Below are positions 26,633 to 43,726 of a stretch of 64,000 nucleotides of DNA, in pieces. The notes beneath the pieces were generated by a model. That model had not been told where the DNA came from and did no database searches. It worked only from the letters and a program-made list of their open reading frames with translations. The DNA is taken from the NCBI RefSeq assembly GCF_000026545.1, contig NC_011601.1; one strand, written 5' to 3'. The stretch's first letter is position 1. Every line of letters begins with the position of its first letter. This DNA comes from Escherichia coli O127:H6 str. E2348/69 (GTDB taxonomy: Bacteria; Pseudomonadota; Gammaproteobacteria; Enterobacterales; Enterobacteriaceae). A program made the translations under genes and the position numbers.

Positions 26633-27547
26633 TCAGGCCTCAGGTTCCTGATCCGGTACCGGTGGCACCACTACGCCTTCACGCGGCGCTTCAGGATTCG
26701 GCGCTGGCAGATTCATCAACTTCGCCAGAATGCTCGCCAGTTTCAGGCGCATTTCCGGACGACGGACGATCATGTCGATCGCGCCTTTCTCGATCAGGAA
26801 TTCACTGCGCTGGAATCCTGGCGGCAGTTTTTCGCGAACGGTCTGTTCGATAACACGCGGACCGGCAAAGCCAATTAACGCTTTCGGTTCAGCGATGTTG
26901 AGATCGCCCAGCATGGCGAAACTTGCAGAAACACCGCCCATGGTCGGGTCGGTCAGCACGGAGATGTACGGCAAGCCGCGCTCCTGCATTTTTGCCAGTG
27001 CCGCAGAGGTTTTCGCCATCTGCATCAGCGACATCAGTGCTTCCTGCATACGTGCACCACCAGAGGCGGAGAAGCAGATCAGTGGGCAGTTATCTTCCAG
27101 CGCCTGCTCAACGGCACGCACGAAACGCGCACCCACCACAGACCCCATGGAACCGCCCATAAAGGCGAACTCGAATGCCGCAGCGACAACCGGCATTCCA
27201 TACAGAGTGCCTTTCATCACCACCAGCGCATCTTTTTCGCCGGTTTCTTTCTGCGCAGATGCCAGACGGTCTTTATACTTCTTGGAGTCACGAAACTTCA
27301 GCACATCTTTCGGCTCAAGCTCGCTACCCAGCTCCACAAGGCTTCCTTCATCTAACAGGCTATGCAGGCGATTACGCGCTGTCATACGCATGTGATGGTC
27401 ACACTTCGGACAGACCTCAAGATTACGTTCCAGCTCAGCGCGGTATAAAACCTGACCGCAGCTATCACACTTAGTCCACACCCCTTCAGGAATGCTCGCC
27501 TTGCGGGTGGGAGTAATGTTGCTTTTAATTCGTTCAATCCAGCTCAT
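26633..27547 (-). CDS. accD: Acetyl-CoA carboxylase carboxyltransferase beta subunit
   Basis: Zn-ribbon CDSCGQ...CPKCDHH plus CoA carboxyltransferase domain; start set at MSWIERIK (ORF track extends 84 nt upstream). Confidence 0.95.
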
Positions 27548-27702
27548 TAGGGACCTTTCTGTCTGAACCTGGTTCGATGCCAGTTTTATCTTTGGGGACG
27601 CATAATGCCATTTTTGCCCCCAACAGACCATGAATGTTGCACATTAAAACATAACAGCCCGAAACTTTGGATAAAAAAGTGGTCGAACCGCGGAGTTACT
27701 TT

Positions 27703-28362
27703 TTATTTTGCGGCGCGTGCCGCAGCGCGTTTGTGGCGAATAAATTCGAAAACACCAGGCAATATTGAAACAAAAATAATGCCAACAATCATCAGTTTAA
27801 GGTTGCTCTGAATAAAGGGGAGCGTGCCGAAGAAATAACCCGCGTAGGTAAAAATCAGTACCCACAACAGTGCGCCAATCACGTTATAAGCGGCGAAATG
27901 ACGGTACGACATGTGGCCCATTCCCGCAACAAACGGGGCGAACGTTCTGACGATCGGCACAAAACGGGCGAGAATAATCGTTTTGCCGCCATGTTTCTCA
28001 TAAAACTGATGGGTTTTGTCGAGATAACTGCGACGGAAAATTTTCGAATTGGGATTACTGAATAACTTTTCACCGAACAACCGCCCGATAGTGTAATTGA
28101 CCGCGTCACCCACAATCGCGGCGATCAGCATCAGCACCACCATCATATGGACGTTGAGATCGTTGGTCTCCAGTGATGCCAACGCTCCGGCAACAAACAG
28201 CAATGAATCACCCGGTAAAAACGGCGTTACCACCAGACCGGTTTCACAGAACAAAATTAAGAACAAAATGGCATAAACCCAGACGCCGTACTCCGCGACC
28301 AGCTCTGCCAGATGCACGTCAATGTGCAGGATAAAATCGATGAGGAAATAAATCAGGTCCAT
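27703..28362 (-). CDS. dedA: DedA-family inner-membrane protein
   Basis: 219-aa polytopic ORF. Confidence 0.92.
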   Translation of the reverse strand: MDLIYFLIDFILHIDVHLAELVAEYGVWVYAILFLILFCETGLVVTPFLPGDSLLFVAGALASLETNDLNVHMMVVLMLIAAIVGDAVNYTIGRLFGEKLFSNPNSKIFRRSYLDKTHQFYEKHGGKTIILARFVPIVRTFAPFVAGMGHMSYRHFAAYNVIGALLWVLIFTYAGYFFGTLPFIQSNLKLMIVGIIFVSILPGVFEFIRHKRAAARAAK

Positions 28363-28444
28363 ATTTGCCTATGCCTTGTACTCGTCATCTATCAGGCTGT
28401 AACTACGTTGGCTACAGCCTGAAATGTTCCGAGCATTATTCTCG

Positions 28445-29257
28445 TTAGTCCGCCAGAAATAGCGGGCCCATTGGCGGTTTTGGAAGATCATATCGGTCAG
28501 GGTAATCCACCGCGACCAGATATAGCCCTTCCGCTTTTGCCGTTGCTGCCGCCAGCGTTCTGTCCTTTGCCGCCAGCAACTCTGCTATCCAGCTCTCCGG
28601 CTGGTTGTGGGCACCGACTTCCATCAGGCTGCCGACAATATTCCTGACCATATGATGTACAAAGGCATTCGCTTTGATATCTACCACCACATAAGGACCG
28701 TGACGCGTGACATTAATATGCATAACGTTGCGCCACGGGGTCCGGGACTGACACTGCACCGCACGGAACGAGGTGAAATCATTCTCGCCCAGCAAGCATT
28801 GCGCAGCCCGATGCATCCGTTCAGCGTCCAGCGGTTCGTAAAAATGGGTTACCCCTTTACTCAGTACCGCCGGGCGCAGCCGATGATTGTAGATGATGTA
28901 GCGATAACGGCGAGCCGTGGCGCTAAATCGGGCATGAAAATCATCAGGTACAGCTTTAACCCAACGCACGGCGATGTCACCAGGTAAATTCGCATTTACG
29001 CCCAACGTCCACGCAGCGTCTTTGCGCTGCGCGGTCGTTTCGAAATGCACAACCTGCCCGGTACCGTGTACACCAGCGTCAGTACGCCCGGCGCAGAAGA
29101 CGGTGATGGGTTCGTTCGCCACCTGGGAGAGCGCCTTTTCCAGCTTCTCCTGCACACTGCGGACTTCATTCTGCCGTTGCCAGCCGTAATACCTACTGCC
29201 GTCGTACTCAATGCCCAGCGCAATTTTATAAACTGGCGGTTGTTGCTGGTCGGACAT
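28445..29257 (-). CDS. truA: tRNA pseudouridine(38-40) synthase
   Basis: 270-aa ORF with TruA catalytic motif ([10 protein letters not shown]). Confidence 0.95.
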
Positions 29258-30270
29258 TAGTACAGATACTCCTGCACCAGTTTCTCGGCGATTTTTACTG
29301 CCATCAGCGCGCCGCCAAAGCGAACGTTATCGGCCACCGACCAGAACTGGACTTGCTCCGGCATACCGTAGTCATTACGTACGCAGCCAACAGAAAGATG
29401 CGGCGTACCAGAAGCATCCCCTACCTGAGTCGGGAATTCGTTCTCTTCAGAGAGCACAATATCTTCGCCCTGAGCAAACGCATCACGCGCTTCTTCTGCC
29501 GCCAGCGGACGCAGTGCTTCAAAGTTGACCATCTGGGCATGACCGTAGAATACCGGTGCCTGGACGACGCTTGCCGAAATCATCAGCCCTTCGTCCTGCA
29601 GGATTTTGCGTACTTCGTCAACGATACGACGTTCTTCACGCACGCTACCTTCGCTATCCGGCAGTAACGGCAGCATGTTGAACGCCAGCTGACGCCCGAA
29701 GAAATCTTCTTCGTCAATCGGAATGCCATTGAGTAATTTAGCACTCTGCCCCGCTAACGCATCGACCGCTTTTTTACCCTGGGCGGAGGCTGAAATCAGG
29801 CTGGTAACGCTGATACGTGATAAACCGCCCTGATCAATTAGCGGTTTCAGTGCCGCCAGCAGCTGGCTGGTCAGACTGTCTGGTACGGCGATGACATTCC
29901 GGTTGCGGTAATCGGTCAGTACAAACGGGTTTACTTCCGGCACCACCAGCGGTACGTCAGGTTCGAGAGCAAACAATCCGCTGCTGTCGATCACCAGACA
30001 ACCTGAGTTGGTCGCTTCTTCAACCCAGGCAGCGGTAGCTTCTTTGCCTGCGACAAAAAACGCCAGCTGCGCCTGCGTCCAGTCGAATTCAGCGGCATCC
30101 TGCACGGTGATTGTCTTACCACCAAAGCGCAGTTGTTCGCCTGCGCTTTCGTTACGTGCCAGTGCATAAATTTCCCCAACCGGGAACTGACGTTCAGCCA
30201 GCGTTTCAAGCAGGGCTTCGCCCACAGCGCCAGTTGCGCCCAGGACGGCAATGTTCCAGCCTTCAGACAT
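29257..30270 (-). CDS. usg: Aspartate-semialdehyde dehydrogenase homologue
   Basis: 337-aa [20 protein letters not shown]; stop overlaps the truA start. Confidence 0.92.
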
Positions 30271-30335
30271 GGTGGTTTACTCCAGAAATAGCAAAGCTCC
30301 CTGCCAATGTTACAGCAGAGAGCATGAAGAAGAGA

Positions 30336-31472
30336 TTAACGTGCCGGATGATGAACGGCGTTAAAACCCAGTTTACACAGCAATGATGCCGCACTGGCGT
30401 CATCACAAATTACATACAGAGATGACCATTCACGGCGCTCAAGATAGTTTTTGCGCAGTTTATCGAACTCACCCGGTATCCCGGCGACTTTACGCAGCGG
30501 TGCGTCATCGCGGCGCACATCATACACCAAATGCACCAGCCTTTTTAGCGTCGGTTGATCGAGCGGGCCATGCAGCGTAATGCGACCAAACTCTGTCGCG
30601 GGCAGTAATGTATCCAGCGCAACGTGCTGTTCATGCCCAATAAACTTGCTATAAGCTTCAAACACTTGCGTAGTACCGCGTGCTTTACCTTCCAGGGTAT
30701 AGCCTGCGATATGCGGCGTGCCGATATCCACTTTTTTCAGCAATTCCACGTTAAGTTCCGGTTCGCCTTCCCAGACATCCAGCACTACGCTTAACTTCTG
30801 GCCTTCGTTCAGGCAGGTCAGCAGGGCGGTATTATCGACGACTGCGCCACGGCAGGCGTTAATCAGGATCGCTCCCGGTTTCAGGCTGCGGATCAGTTTT
30901 TCATCCGCCAGATGCAGCGTTTTGTACGGCCCGTCTTTGAAGAGTGGCGTATGGAAAGTCAGAATATCCGCATGCTGAACTAATTCATCCAGCGAGCGGA
31001 AATCCCCCTCATCCCCACGGTCAGCGCGAGGCGGATCGCAAAGCAATGTTTTAATCCCTAACGCTTCCAGTCGCGCCTGCAATCGACGTCCAACGTTACC
31101 AACGCCCACGATCCCCACGGTACGGTCGTGCAGTGAAAATCCATCGCGTTCGGCAAGCATCAGTAGTGAGGAGAAAACATATTCCACCACCGCAATCGCA
31201 TTACAGCCAGGTGCCGCGGAAAAACCAATTCCCGCCTGCTTTAACCATGCTTCATCGACATGGTCTGTCCCCGCAGTGGCAGTGCCAACAAATTTAATGG
31301 GTTTTCCTGCCAGCAAAGATTCATTCACTTTCGTGACCGAACGCACCATCAGCGCATCCGCGTCTGCCAGTTGAGCGACGGGGATTGGACGCCCGGGAAC
31401 CGCGGTCACCTCACCCAAACGGCTAAATAAGTCGCGGGCATAAGGCATATTTTCATCAACAAGGATTTTCAC
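30336..31472 (-). CDS. pdxB: Erythronate-4-phosphate dehydrogenase
   Basis: 378-aa ORF, D-2-hydroxyacid dehydrogenase family. Confidence 0.95.
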   Translation of the reverse strand: MKILVDENMPYARDLFSRLGEVTAVPGRPIPVAQLADADALMVRSVTKVNESLLAGKPIKFVGTATAGTDHVDEAWLKQAGIGFSAAPGCNAIAVVEYVFSSLLMLAERDGFSLHDRTVGIVGVGNVGRRLQARLEALGIKTLLCDPPRADRGDEGDFRSLDELVQHADILTFHTPLFKDGPYKTLHLADEKLIRSLKPGAILINACRGAVVDNTALLTCLNEGQKLSVVLDVWEGEPELNVELLKKVDIGTPHIAGYTLEGKARGTTQVFEAYSKFIGHEQHVALDTLLPATEFGRITLHGPLDQPTLKRLVHLVYDVRRDDAPLRKVAGIPGEFDKLRKNYLERREWSSLYVICDDASAASLLCKLGFNAVHHPAR

Positions 31473-31570
31473 GTTTGTGTTACCTGTATGAGACGAGAGT
31501 TAACCGGACAAGTGTGCCATAATCTCGCGGCCAGGCATACTTGCGAAGATTTCAGGTATAAGGATACGTA

Positions 31571-33744
<2,174 letters not shown>

Positions 33745-33903
33745 TTACTCCAGAATGCAGCGCAAGGCGAGGAGTATCCCCGTCTCATCTCTCTGATTTC
33801 AGGGTTACGGTGCGTTGGCAGGATTTAACGCGTACGTCTTTTCTGAAGGAAATCGACAAAGCGGGAAGTTTGCCTGGAACTGGCGGCGATTGTCAATGAT
33901 GTG

Positions 33904-33930
33904 AAAAAGGGAACCATCGGGTTCCCTTTT
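33904..33930 (-). terminator. Hairpin + T-run, probable fabB terminator
   Basis: aaagggaaccatcgggttcccttt read on the minus strand. Confidence 0.55.
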
Positions 33931-33937
33931 GCGTTAG

Positions 33938-33995
33938 TGCCGGAGGCCGCATTGGCGCGCAACGTCGGATGCGGCGCTGGCGCGTCTTATCCGAC
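33938..33995. repeat. REP element
   Basis: gccggaggccgcattggcgcgc...cggatgcggcgctggcgcgtcttatccgacctac. Confidence 0.7.
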
Positions 33996-34005
33996 CTACT
34001 CCGAA

Positions 34006-35226
34006 TTAATCTTTCAGCTTGCGCATTACCAGCGTGGCGTTGGTGCCGCCGAAGCCGAAGCTGTTAGACATAACTGTGGTCAGTTCGCGATCGGTCGTTT
34101 CGGTCACGATGTTCAGACCCGCAGCCTGCTCGTCCAGCTCTTCAATGTTGATGCTCGGGGCGATAAAACCGTGTTCCAGCATCAGCAGAGAGTAGATAGC
34201 TTCCTGTACGCCAGCAGCGCCCAGTGAGTGACCGGTCATTGCTTTGGTTGCAGAAATCGCCGGGCTCTTATCGCCGAACACTTCACGGATAGCTGCCAGT
34301 TCTTTCACGTCGCCAACCGGAGTCGAAGTACCATGAGAGTTCAGGTAGTCGATTGGGGTATCAACACCGTGCATCGCCATCTTCATGCAGCGCACTGCAC
34401 CTTCGCCAGACGGAGCAACCATGTCTGCGCCATCAGAGGTTGCGCCGTAGCCAACGATTTCAGCATAGATGTGAGCACCACGCGCCAGCGCGTGTTCCAG
34501 CTCTTCAACCACTACCATACCGCCACCGCCAGCGATAACGAAACCGTCACGGTGAGCGTCGTAAGTACGGGAGGCTTTTTCCGGGGTGTCGTTGTATTTA
34601 GTAGACAGCGCACCCATCGCGTCGAATTCGCAAGCCATTTCCCAGCACAGCTCTTCGCCGCCGCCAGCAAACACGATGTCCTGTTTGCCCAGTTGGATCT
34701 GCTCTACTGCGTTACCGATACAGTGTGCGGAAGTCGCACACGCGGAGCTGATGGAGTAGTTAACGCCGTGAATTTTAAACGGCGTGGCGAGGCAGGCAGA
34801 AACGCCGGATGCCATCGCTTTGGTGACCACATACGGGCCAACCGCTTTCAGGCCGCGCGGGCCGCGCATTGCGTCAGCGCCGAAAACCTGGAAACGCGGG
34901 GAACCGCCGCCGGAACCTGCAATCAGGCCAACGCGCGGGTTATTCTGGTAAGCTTCCGGGGAGAGGCCAGCATCTGCGATTGCCTGCTCCATAGAAAGGA
35001 ATGCATAAATGGATGCGTCGCTCATAAAGCGCACAACTTTGCGGTCAATGAGGCCAGTGGTATCCAGTTTTACGTTGCCCCAGACGTGGCTACGCATGCC
35101 GGAATCCTTCAGCTCCTGAGAGAAAGTGATCCCTGAACGTCCTTCACGCAGAGATGCCAGGACTTCCTGCTGGTTATTACCGATGCTGGAAACAATGCCC
35201 AGGCCAGTAATCACTGCACGTTTCAT
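34006..35226 (-). CDS. fabB: 3-oxoacyl-ACP synthase I
   Basis: 406-aa [21 protein letters not shown]..., ketosynthase fold. Confidence 0.97.
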
Positions 35227-35318
35227 TCAATACCTCTGTAAGTCGCACATAGAGTAAGTTTCGAATGCACAATAGCGTACACTTGTACGCCGAACAAGTC
35301 CGATCAGCCAATTAATAG

Positions 35319-37391
<2,073 letters not shown>

Positions 37392-37409
37392 TCTGCTTTG
37401 GCATTGTTT

Positions 37410-37504
<95 letters not shown>

Positions 37505-37511
37505 TCACAAC

Positions 37512-37790
37512 TTACTGCTGTGACGCCTGCTGAAACAGGTTTTCCCACATATCGGTCACCAGCGCCTGGTCACGCGGCGACAATTCACCGGCACCAATAG
37601 CTTTTTCCAGACTCTGGCTAACGGTTGTATGTACCGCCTGGGCGGAGTGGTCATCACCACTTTCCAGTTCTGCGATGGCTAATGTCAGGTGGCCACGCAA
37701 ATACCCACTGGCAAACAACTCATCATCACTGGCATGGTCAACCATACCGTCGATTAATGCCAGAATGCGTGATTCAAACTCCGCGATCAT
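37512..37790 (-). CDS. yfcL: Small conserved protein of unknown function
   Basis: 92-aa ORF in conserved position upstream of epmC. Confidence 0.8.
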
Positions 37791-37823
37791 CTTCTTTCCT
37801 CATTGTAAAACGTGGCGCTGGCT

Positions 37824-38372
37824 TCAGTTGAGCGCTTCCGGCCACGGGAACTGTTCCGCCGTAAGTTCCGGCGTGTGATAATAATTTTGTAGTGCTTTAA
37901 TGAAGCGTGCCGGACGTTCGGGAATGCCGTTTGCCAGATAATCCATCACCTGCGCATGTACCCGCCGTTGAAACACCACGCGGTCCGGTTCGAAATCCCC
38001 TTCCAGATTGTCGCAGCTAACATTAAACGGATATCCCGCCGCCACGCAGAACAACCAGTCCAGCGCCTGCGGCTTCACTTCAACATCTTCAAACTGGCTT
38101 TGCGTCTGGGCATCGCGTCCGTCCGGGCAATACCAGTAGCCGAAATCAACCAACTCACGGCGCGCTTTCCCGGCAATACACCAGTGCGAAATCTCGTGGA
38201 TGGCGCTGGCATAAAAGCCATGAGCGAAGACGATTCTGTTATACGGTACTTCCGCATCAGCAGGAAGATAGATCGGTTCGTCGTCGCCTTTAATCAGACG
38301 GGTATTAAATTCATCGGCAAAGCAGCTATTAAAAATCTCAATCAACTGCTCATAGTGGTGTGTACTGTTCAT
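37824..38372 (-). CDS. epmC: Elongation factor P hydroxylase
   Basis: 182-aa ORF; position and family assignment from memory. Confidence 0.85.
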   Translation of the reverse strand: MNSTHHYEQLIEIFNSCFADEFNTRLIKGDDEPIYLPADAEVPYNRIVFAHGFYASAIHEISHWCIAGKARRELVDFGYWYCPDGRDAQTQSQFEDVEVKPQALDWLFCVAAGYPFNVSCDNLEGDFEPDRVVFQRRVHAQVMDYLANGIPERPARFIKALQNYYHTPELTAEQFPWPEALN

Positions 38373-39181
38373 TAGTTCATCGCCAACCAGTGGAGGATCT
38401 CCTGTCCATGGCTATCGTAAAGTAATTTGGCACTCATCACCGCCGAGACGATAACGATCATCGGGCGGATCAGCTTTTGTCCTTTGCTCAACACCAGTCT
38501 TGAACCCATGCGCGCGCCGAGGAACTGCCCCACCAGCATCACAAAGCCCGTCGCCCAAATCACTTTGCCGCCGAGAATAAACAGCAGCAGACCGCCAATG
38601 TTTGACGTTGCGTTAAGTAATTTGGCGTGAGCAGTGGCTTTGGCGAGATTAAACCCGCACAGCGTAACGAACGCTAACGCGTAAAACGATCCGGCAGCCG
38701 GACCAAAGAATCCATCGTAAAAACCGACGCAACCACCTGCAATTAACGCGAAGGGTAAACCGTACATCCGACGCTGGCGATCTTCTTCTCCCAGTTTGGG
38801 CATCAGCAAGAAATAGAGGCCGATACAAATCACCAGAATAGGCAAAATCTGCCGTAAGACATCAGCCTGAACGTATTGCACCAGCAGTGCGCCACTCATT
38901 GAGCCGACAAAAGTCATGGCGATATTGAGTTTTTGATCGCTTAAACTAACCACTTTACGGCGAATAAAGTAGATAGTGGCGGAAATAGAGCCACCACAGG
39001 CTTGCAGTTTATTGGTTGCCAGCGCGTTAGCGGGAGACATCCCCGCCGCCATCAATGCCGGAATGGTGAGTAACCCTCCGCCACCGGCAATCGAGTCGAT
39101 AAATCCCGCCAGCATGGCGACAAAAAAGAGAACTCCCAGCAGCAGCGGGGAAACCATAAACAGGCTATTAAACGTTTCCAT
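38372..39181 (-). CDS. yfcA: TauE/SafE-family membrane protein
   Basis: 269-aa polytopic ORF; overlaps the mepA end. Confidence 0.88.
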   Translation of the reverse strand: METFNSLFMVSPLLLGVLFFVAMLAGFIDSIAGGGGLLTIPALMAAGMSPANALATNKLQACGGSISATIYFIRRKVVSLSDQKLNIAMTFVGSMSGALLVQYVQADVLRQILPILVICIGLYFLLMPKLGEEDRQRRMYGLPFALIAGGCVGFYDGFFGPAAGSFYALAFVTLCGFNLAKATAHAKLLNATSNIGGLLLFILGGKVIWATGFVMLVGQFLGARMGSRLVLSKGQKLIRPMIVIVSAVMSAKLLYDSHGQEILHWLAMN

Positions 39182-40005
39182 TAGATCACGTGCTCATCCA
39201 GTAGCGCCTGGCAGGAAGGCGGCAACGGAGGCGGTGTCTTCTTCTCAGGCTTTGTTGTTCCCGGTTTTGGAGGTTCAAACCAGCTTTGCAGTTCTGCCCC
39301 GCAACCATCGCCTGGTGGCGGTAAAGGTTGATCCTCACACTCCAGACTATCGGCAGGACAACGTAATCGTACATGCATATGCGCGCGATGCTGGAACCAG
39401 GGTCGCACTTTGCGCAACCAGTCGCGATCGGTGCCCGCATCAAGACAAAGTTGTTGTTTAATCGCCGGATTAACAAAAATGCGCGTGACGTCTTTGTCCT
39501 GGGCGGCGAGTTTGATCAAGCTGAAAATTTCTGGCTTCCACAGCGCGGGGACAACGTGTTTACCGTCGCGGGAAACTAAGTCCAGAGCTTGCGGGCGCAA
39601 GAGCTGCGCGGAGGTCCAGCGTGTTTTCGGCAGTTGCAGGAAGATATCGACATCCAGTCCGGTCTGGTGGCTGGCGTGACCGCCGTTGAAACGACCACCA
39701 GCAGGCATCCCCATATCGCCAATCAGCACCGTACCCATGCCCAGATTGCTCACCTGGCGACTCAGACGCTGGATAAACATCACCAGATCCGGGTGCCCGA
39801 AATAGCGACGCTGATCGGTACGCATGACCTGATAATGTTCGGACTGTATCGGCAACGTGTCAGCACCGACGATACAGCCATTAGAAAAACTGCCTATCGA
39901 TTGTGCGCTACCCGGCACAGGTTGGGTTATTTTTTGCCACGGCGTCGCTGCCAGGCTGGCGCTACTGGCAAGCAGAGCCAGCAGCGCAATCGCGGTTTTG
40001 TTCAT
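39181..40005 (-). CDS. mepA: Penicillin-insensitive murein DD-endopeptidase
   Basis: 274-aa ORF with signal peptide and LAS metallopeptidase His motifs. Confidence 0.93.
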   Translation of the reverse strand: MNKTAIALLALLASSASLAATPWQKITQPVPGSAQSIGSFSNGCIVGADTLPIQSEHYQVMRTDQRRYFGHPDLVMFIQRLSRQVSNLGMGTVLIGDMGMPAGGRFNGGHASHQTGLDVDIFLQLPKTRWTSAQLLRPQALDLVSRDGKHVVPALWKPEIFSLIKLAAQDKDVTRIFVNPAIKQQLCLDAGTDRDWLRKVRPWFQHRAHMHVRLRCPADSLECEDQPLPPPGDGCGAELQSWFEPPKPGTTKPEKKTPPPLPPSCQALLDEHVI

Positions 40006-40008
40006 TTT

Positions 40009-41094
40009 TTACCAGCGTGGAATATCAGTCTTCACATCGGCATTTTGCGCCCGCTGCCGTAGCAGGTGATCCATCAAAACGATCGCCAGCATCGCTTCTG
40101 CGATCGGCACCGCGCGGATCCCAACACAAGGATCGTGACGGCCTTTGGTGATCATCTCAACTTCTTCGCCAAAGCGGTTAATAGTGCGCCCTGGCACGGT
40201 AATACTGGAGGTTGGCTTCAGCGCCATATGGGCAATGATTTGCTGCCCGCTGCTGATACCACCAAGAATGCCGCCCGCATGGTTGCTCTGGAAACCGTCT
40301 TTGGTGATTTCGTCGCGGTTCTGGCTGCCACGCAGCGCTACCACGTCAAAACCATCACCAATTTCCACACCTTTCACCGCGTTAATGCTCATTAGCGCAT
40401 GGGCGATGTCAGCATCAAGGCGATCAAAGACCGGCTCGCCAAGTCCGGCAGGAACGCCACTGGCAACAACGGTGACTTTAGCGCCGATGGAGTCGCCCTC
40501 TTTTTTCAGCGCGCGCATCAGTTCATCTAACGCGTCGATTTTGTCCGGGTCCGGGCAGAAGAACGGATTTTGTTCAACCAGCGACCAGTCTTTGATTTCC
40601 AGCGGAATGTCGCCCATCTGGGTCAGGCAACCGCGAATCTCAATGCCAAATTTCTCGGCGAGATATTTTTTGGCAATCGCCCCTGCTGCAACGCGCATAG
40701 CGGTTTCACGGGCGGAAGAACGCCCACCGCCGCGATAATCGCGCAGGCCGTATTTTTGTTCATAGGTGTAATCGGCATGACCTGGACGGAAAACGTCCTT
40801 AATCGCACTATAATCCTGAGAACGCTGGTCGGTATTTTCGATCAACAATCCGATGCTGGTGCCAGTAGTAACACCTTCAAAAACACCGGAGAGAATTTTG
40901 ACCTGATCCGGCTCGCGGCGCTGGGTGGTATAGCGCGATGTCCCAGGGCGACGACGATCAAGGTCATGTTGCAGGTCCGCTTCCGTCAGCGGAATGCCTG
41001 GCGGAACACCATCGACGATGCAGCCGAGCGCCAGCCCGTGCGATTCGCCGAAGGTGGTTACGCGAAAGAGTTGTCCAATTGTATTTCCAGCCAT
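40009..41094 (-). CDS. aroC: Chorismate synthase
   Basis: [20 protein letters not shown]...; start set at the second Met. Confidence 0.96.
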
Positions 41095-41128
41095 CACGGC
41101 TCCGTTATTGTTGTGTTTGCGTGTTTAC

Positions 41129-42061
41129 TTAATCTTTATAAATCGCGAAATATTCACGGGCCGCCAGCAGCTGCTCTTTGGTGAGCATAAACACACCATC
41201 GCCGCCGTTATCAAACTCCAGCCAGGTGAACGGAACATCCGGATATTGTTCCATAAGATGTACCATGCTGTTGCCGACTTCACAAATCAGCACGCCATCA
41301 TCAGCGAGGTAATCTGCCGCGTTTCCGAGAATGCGACGCGTCAGTTTCAGGCCGTCGGTGCCAGATACCAGGCCCAGTTCCGGTTCGTGACGGTATTCGT
41401 TTGGCAGGTCGGACATATCTTCTGCATCGACATATGGCGGGTTAGTGACAATCAGGTCGTACTGCACTTTCGGCAAGTCGCGGAACAGATCGGACCGAAT
41501 AGGAATGACGTTGTGGATCAGACCGTGTTCTTCGATATTCTGTTCGGCAACCGCCAGCGCGTCGGGAGAGATATCAACCGCGTCGACTTCTGCATCCGGG
41601 AAGGCATAAGCACAGGCAATCGCAATGCAGCCGCTACCGGTACACATATCTAAAATGTGCTGTGGTTGCTTGCTGATGAGTCCGGCAAATTTATTGTTGA
41701 TCAATTCACCAATCGGCGAGCGCGGCACCAGCACTCGTTCATCGACGTAAAATTCATGACCGCAGAACCAGGCTTTGTTGGTCAGGTAAGCCACCGGAAT
41801 GCGCTCGTTGACGCGGCGGATCACACGCTCAACAATGCGGTGTTTTTCGCTGGAGGTCAGACGCGCGGTGCGCATATCTTCCGGAATATCCAGCGGCAGG
41901 TAGAGCGAAGGCAACACCAGTTGCACGGCTTCATCCCACGGGTTATCGGTGCCGTGACCGTACCAGATATTTGCCGCGCTGAAGCGGCTCACCGACCAGC
42001 GCAACATGTCCTGAATGGTTTGCAGCTCATTTACTGCTTCATCAACGAAAATTTTATCCAC
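41129..42061 (-). CDS. prmB: Ribosomal protein L3 glutamine N5-methyltransferase
   Basis: Conserved protein begins at DKIFVDEAV after a GTG (complement 42059-42061); the 421-aa ORF in the track is an upstream over-extension. NPPY motif present. Confidence 0.9.
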   Translation of the reverse strand: MDKIFVDEAVNELQTIQDMLRWSVSRFSAANIWYGHGTDNPWDEAVQLVLPSLYLPLDIPEDMRTARLTSSEKHRIVERVIRRVNERIPVAYLTNKAWFCGHEFYVDERVLVPRSPIGELINNKFAGLISKQPQHILDMCTGSGCIAIACAYAFPDAEVDAVDISPDALAVAEQNIEEHGLIHNVIPIRSDLFRDLPKVQYDLIVTNPPYVDAEDMSDLPNEYRHEPELGLVSGTDGLKLTRRILGNAADYLADDGVLICEVGNSMVHLMEQYPDVPFTWLEFDNGGDGVFMLTKEQLLAAREYFAIYKD

Positions 42062-42226
42062 GTATTCCTCCAGGGCATGATCGCAATAATTTCGGCGGCT
42101 AGTTTGCCATGAAGATGACGATAAATCAGCATTCACGCGCGGTGAGTGAGGAAAAATACGTTTAAAACGATCGATTGTGCTACAAGTCGGGTAAACTGTA
42201 AGAAAATTAGAAATAGAGACAGTTAA

Positions 42227-42778
42227 ATGAAAAAGAAAACAACACTTAGCGAGGAGGACCAGGCGCTGTTTCGCCAGTTGATGGCGGGGACTCGCAAGAT
42301 TAAGCAGGACACGATTGTCCACCGACCGCAGCGTAAAAAAATCAGCGAAGTGCCAGTAAAGCGGTTGATTCAGGAACAGGCCGATGCCAGCCACTATTTT
42401 TCGGACGAATTTCAGCCATTATTGAATACCGAAGGTCCGGTCAAATATGTTCGCCCGGATGTCAGCCATTTTGAAGCGAAAAAGTTACGCCGTGGCGATT
42501 ATTCACCGGAGTTGTTTCTTGATTTGCACGGTCTGACGCAGCTACAAGCCAAACAGGAACTGGGGGCGTTGATTGCCGCCTGCCGCCGTGAACATGTGTT
42601 TTGCGCCTGCGTGATGCATGGGCACGGGAAGCATATTTTGAAGCAGCAAACGCCGCTGTGGCTGGCGCAACATCCGCATGTGATGGCATTTCACCAGGCA
42701 CCAAAAGAGTATGGTGGCGATGCGGCGTTGTTGGTGCTGATTGAAGTGGAAGAGTGGTTGCCGCCGGAATTACCGTGA
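42227..42778 (+). CDS. smrB: Smr-domain protein (ribosome rescue endonuclease)
   Basis: 183-aa ORF with C-terminal Smr domain ([14 protein letters not shown]). Confidence 0.9.
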
Positions 42779-42787
42779 ATGCTGGCA

Positions 42788-42830
42788 TCGAATGCCTGAT
42801 AAGACGCTTCAGCGTCGCATCAGGCATCAG
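42788..42830. repeat. REP element
   Basis: gcctgataagacgcttcagcgtcgcatcaggc palindrome. Confidence 0.75.
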
Positions 42831-42847
42831 TGCACAACGACGAGCTA

Positions 42848-43726
42848 CTACAGCATATTCAGTACGTACTGGAATCGACAGGTAGAATCAATAGGTTGCC
42901 GCGAGGTGGTATCCACGCGAAGCACCATATCATGAAGCTCTTTGTCGGTAATGGGGTGACGATTTGGTGTTACCGTCACTTTGGCATTGTCACAGCCCGA
43001 TGAGGTGAAGGTGAGCATCTGCGACACCCAACGACAATAAGCACCACGATCGTCAGTATCACCAAATTTGCTGCCGTCACACAGTTTGCCGTCTTTCATC
43101 AGGTAGGTGGAGAGCGTTTTTTCAATTATCCCGCCGGTAGACTGGAGCGCTAACGTCTTATCACGCACAACCCGACTTTCATTCCAGGAGACATCATAAG
43201 GCCCTAACGGTATAGGTGGACAAGAAGAGTTACTGACTGTGCGTCCGGAATAGGTTCCCGGAGCAGGATCAATAAGATCAATGCTATCTGCATGTGTCGA
43301 TACCAGCCACGGGCAGCCATGAACGCTGGAGTCTTCCTTCCAGACTTCCATTCGTATTTCATAACAAGTCCACATCGTCCTTTGCGCACGGCTGTCATAC
43401 TCTGTAAGCCCCGGACAAGATGATTGTGATATCGCTGTCATCGATATGACTTTTAATGATGGTGCAGGGCCAGGTCCCGTCCAGCTTTTCAAAGGTATCC
43501 ATCCAGTGATTAAACCGGTGTTATTTGGTGTCTCATAAACACCGTGATTGACGCTATCGGGGGTAAGAACATCAAGATAATAAGTTATCTTCGTTGTGTA
43601 GCTTGCATACCCTATCGGTGTATACATTGTTGCAACAATGACATTCGCCTGAACTGCTGTACTGAAGAAAAGTGATATCAGCAGGCCCAAAATCCAGCGC
43701 ATTATTTTCATCTTAAATATACTCAA
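42848..43726 (-). CDS. yfcO: Fimbrial operon distal protein (DUF2544), probable tip adhesin
   Basis: 292-aa secreted ORF at the 3' end of the chaperone-usher operon; start uncertain. Confidence 0.75.
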   Translation of the reverse strand: MSIFKMKIMRWILGLLISLFFSTAVQANVIVATMYTPIGYASYTTKITYYLDVLTPDSVNHGVYETPNNTGLITGWIPLKSWTGPGPAPSLKVISMTAISQSSCPGLTEYDSRAQRTMWTCYEIRMEVWKEDSSVHGCPWLVSTHADSIDLIDPAPGTYSGRTVSNSSCPPIPLGPYDVSWNESRVVRDKTLALQSTGGIIEKTLSTYLMKDGKLCDGSKFGDTDDRGAYCRWVSQMLTFTSSGCDNAKVTVTPNRHPITDKELHDMVLRVDTTSRQPIDSTCRFQYVLNML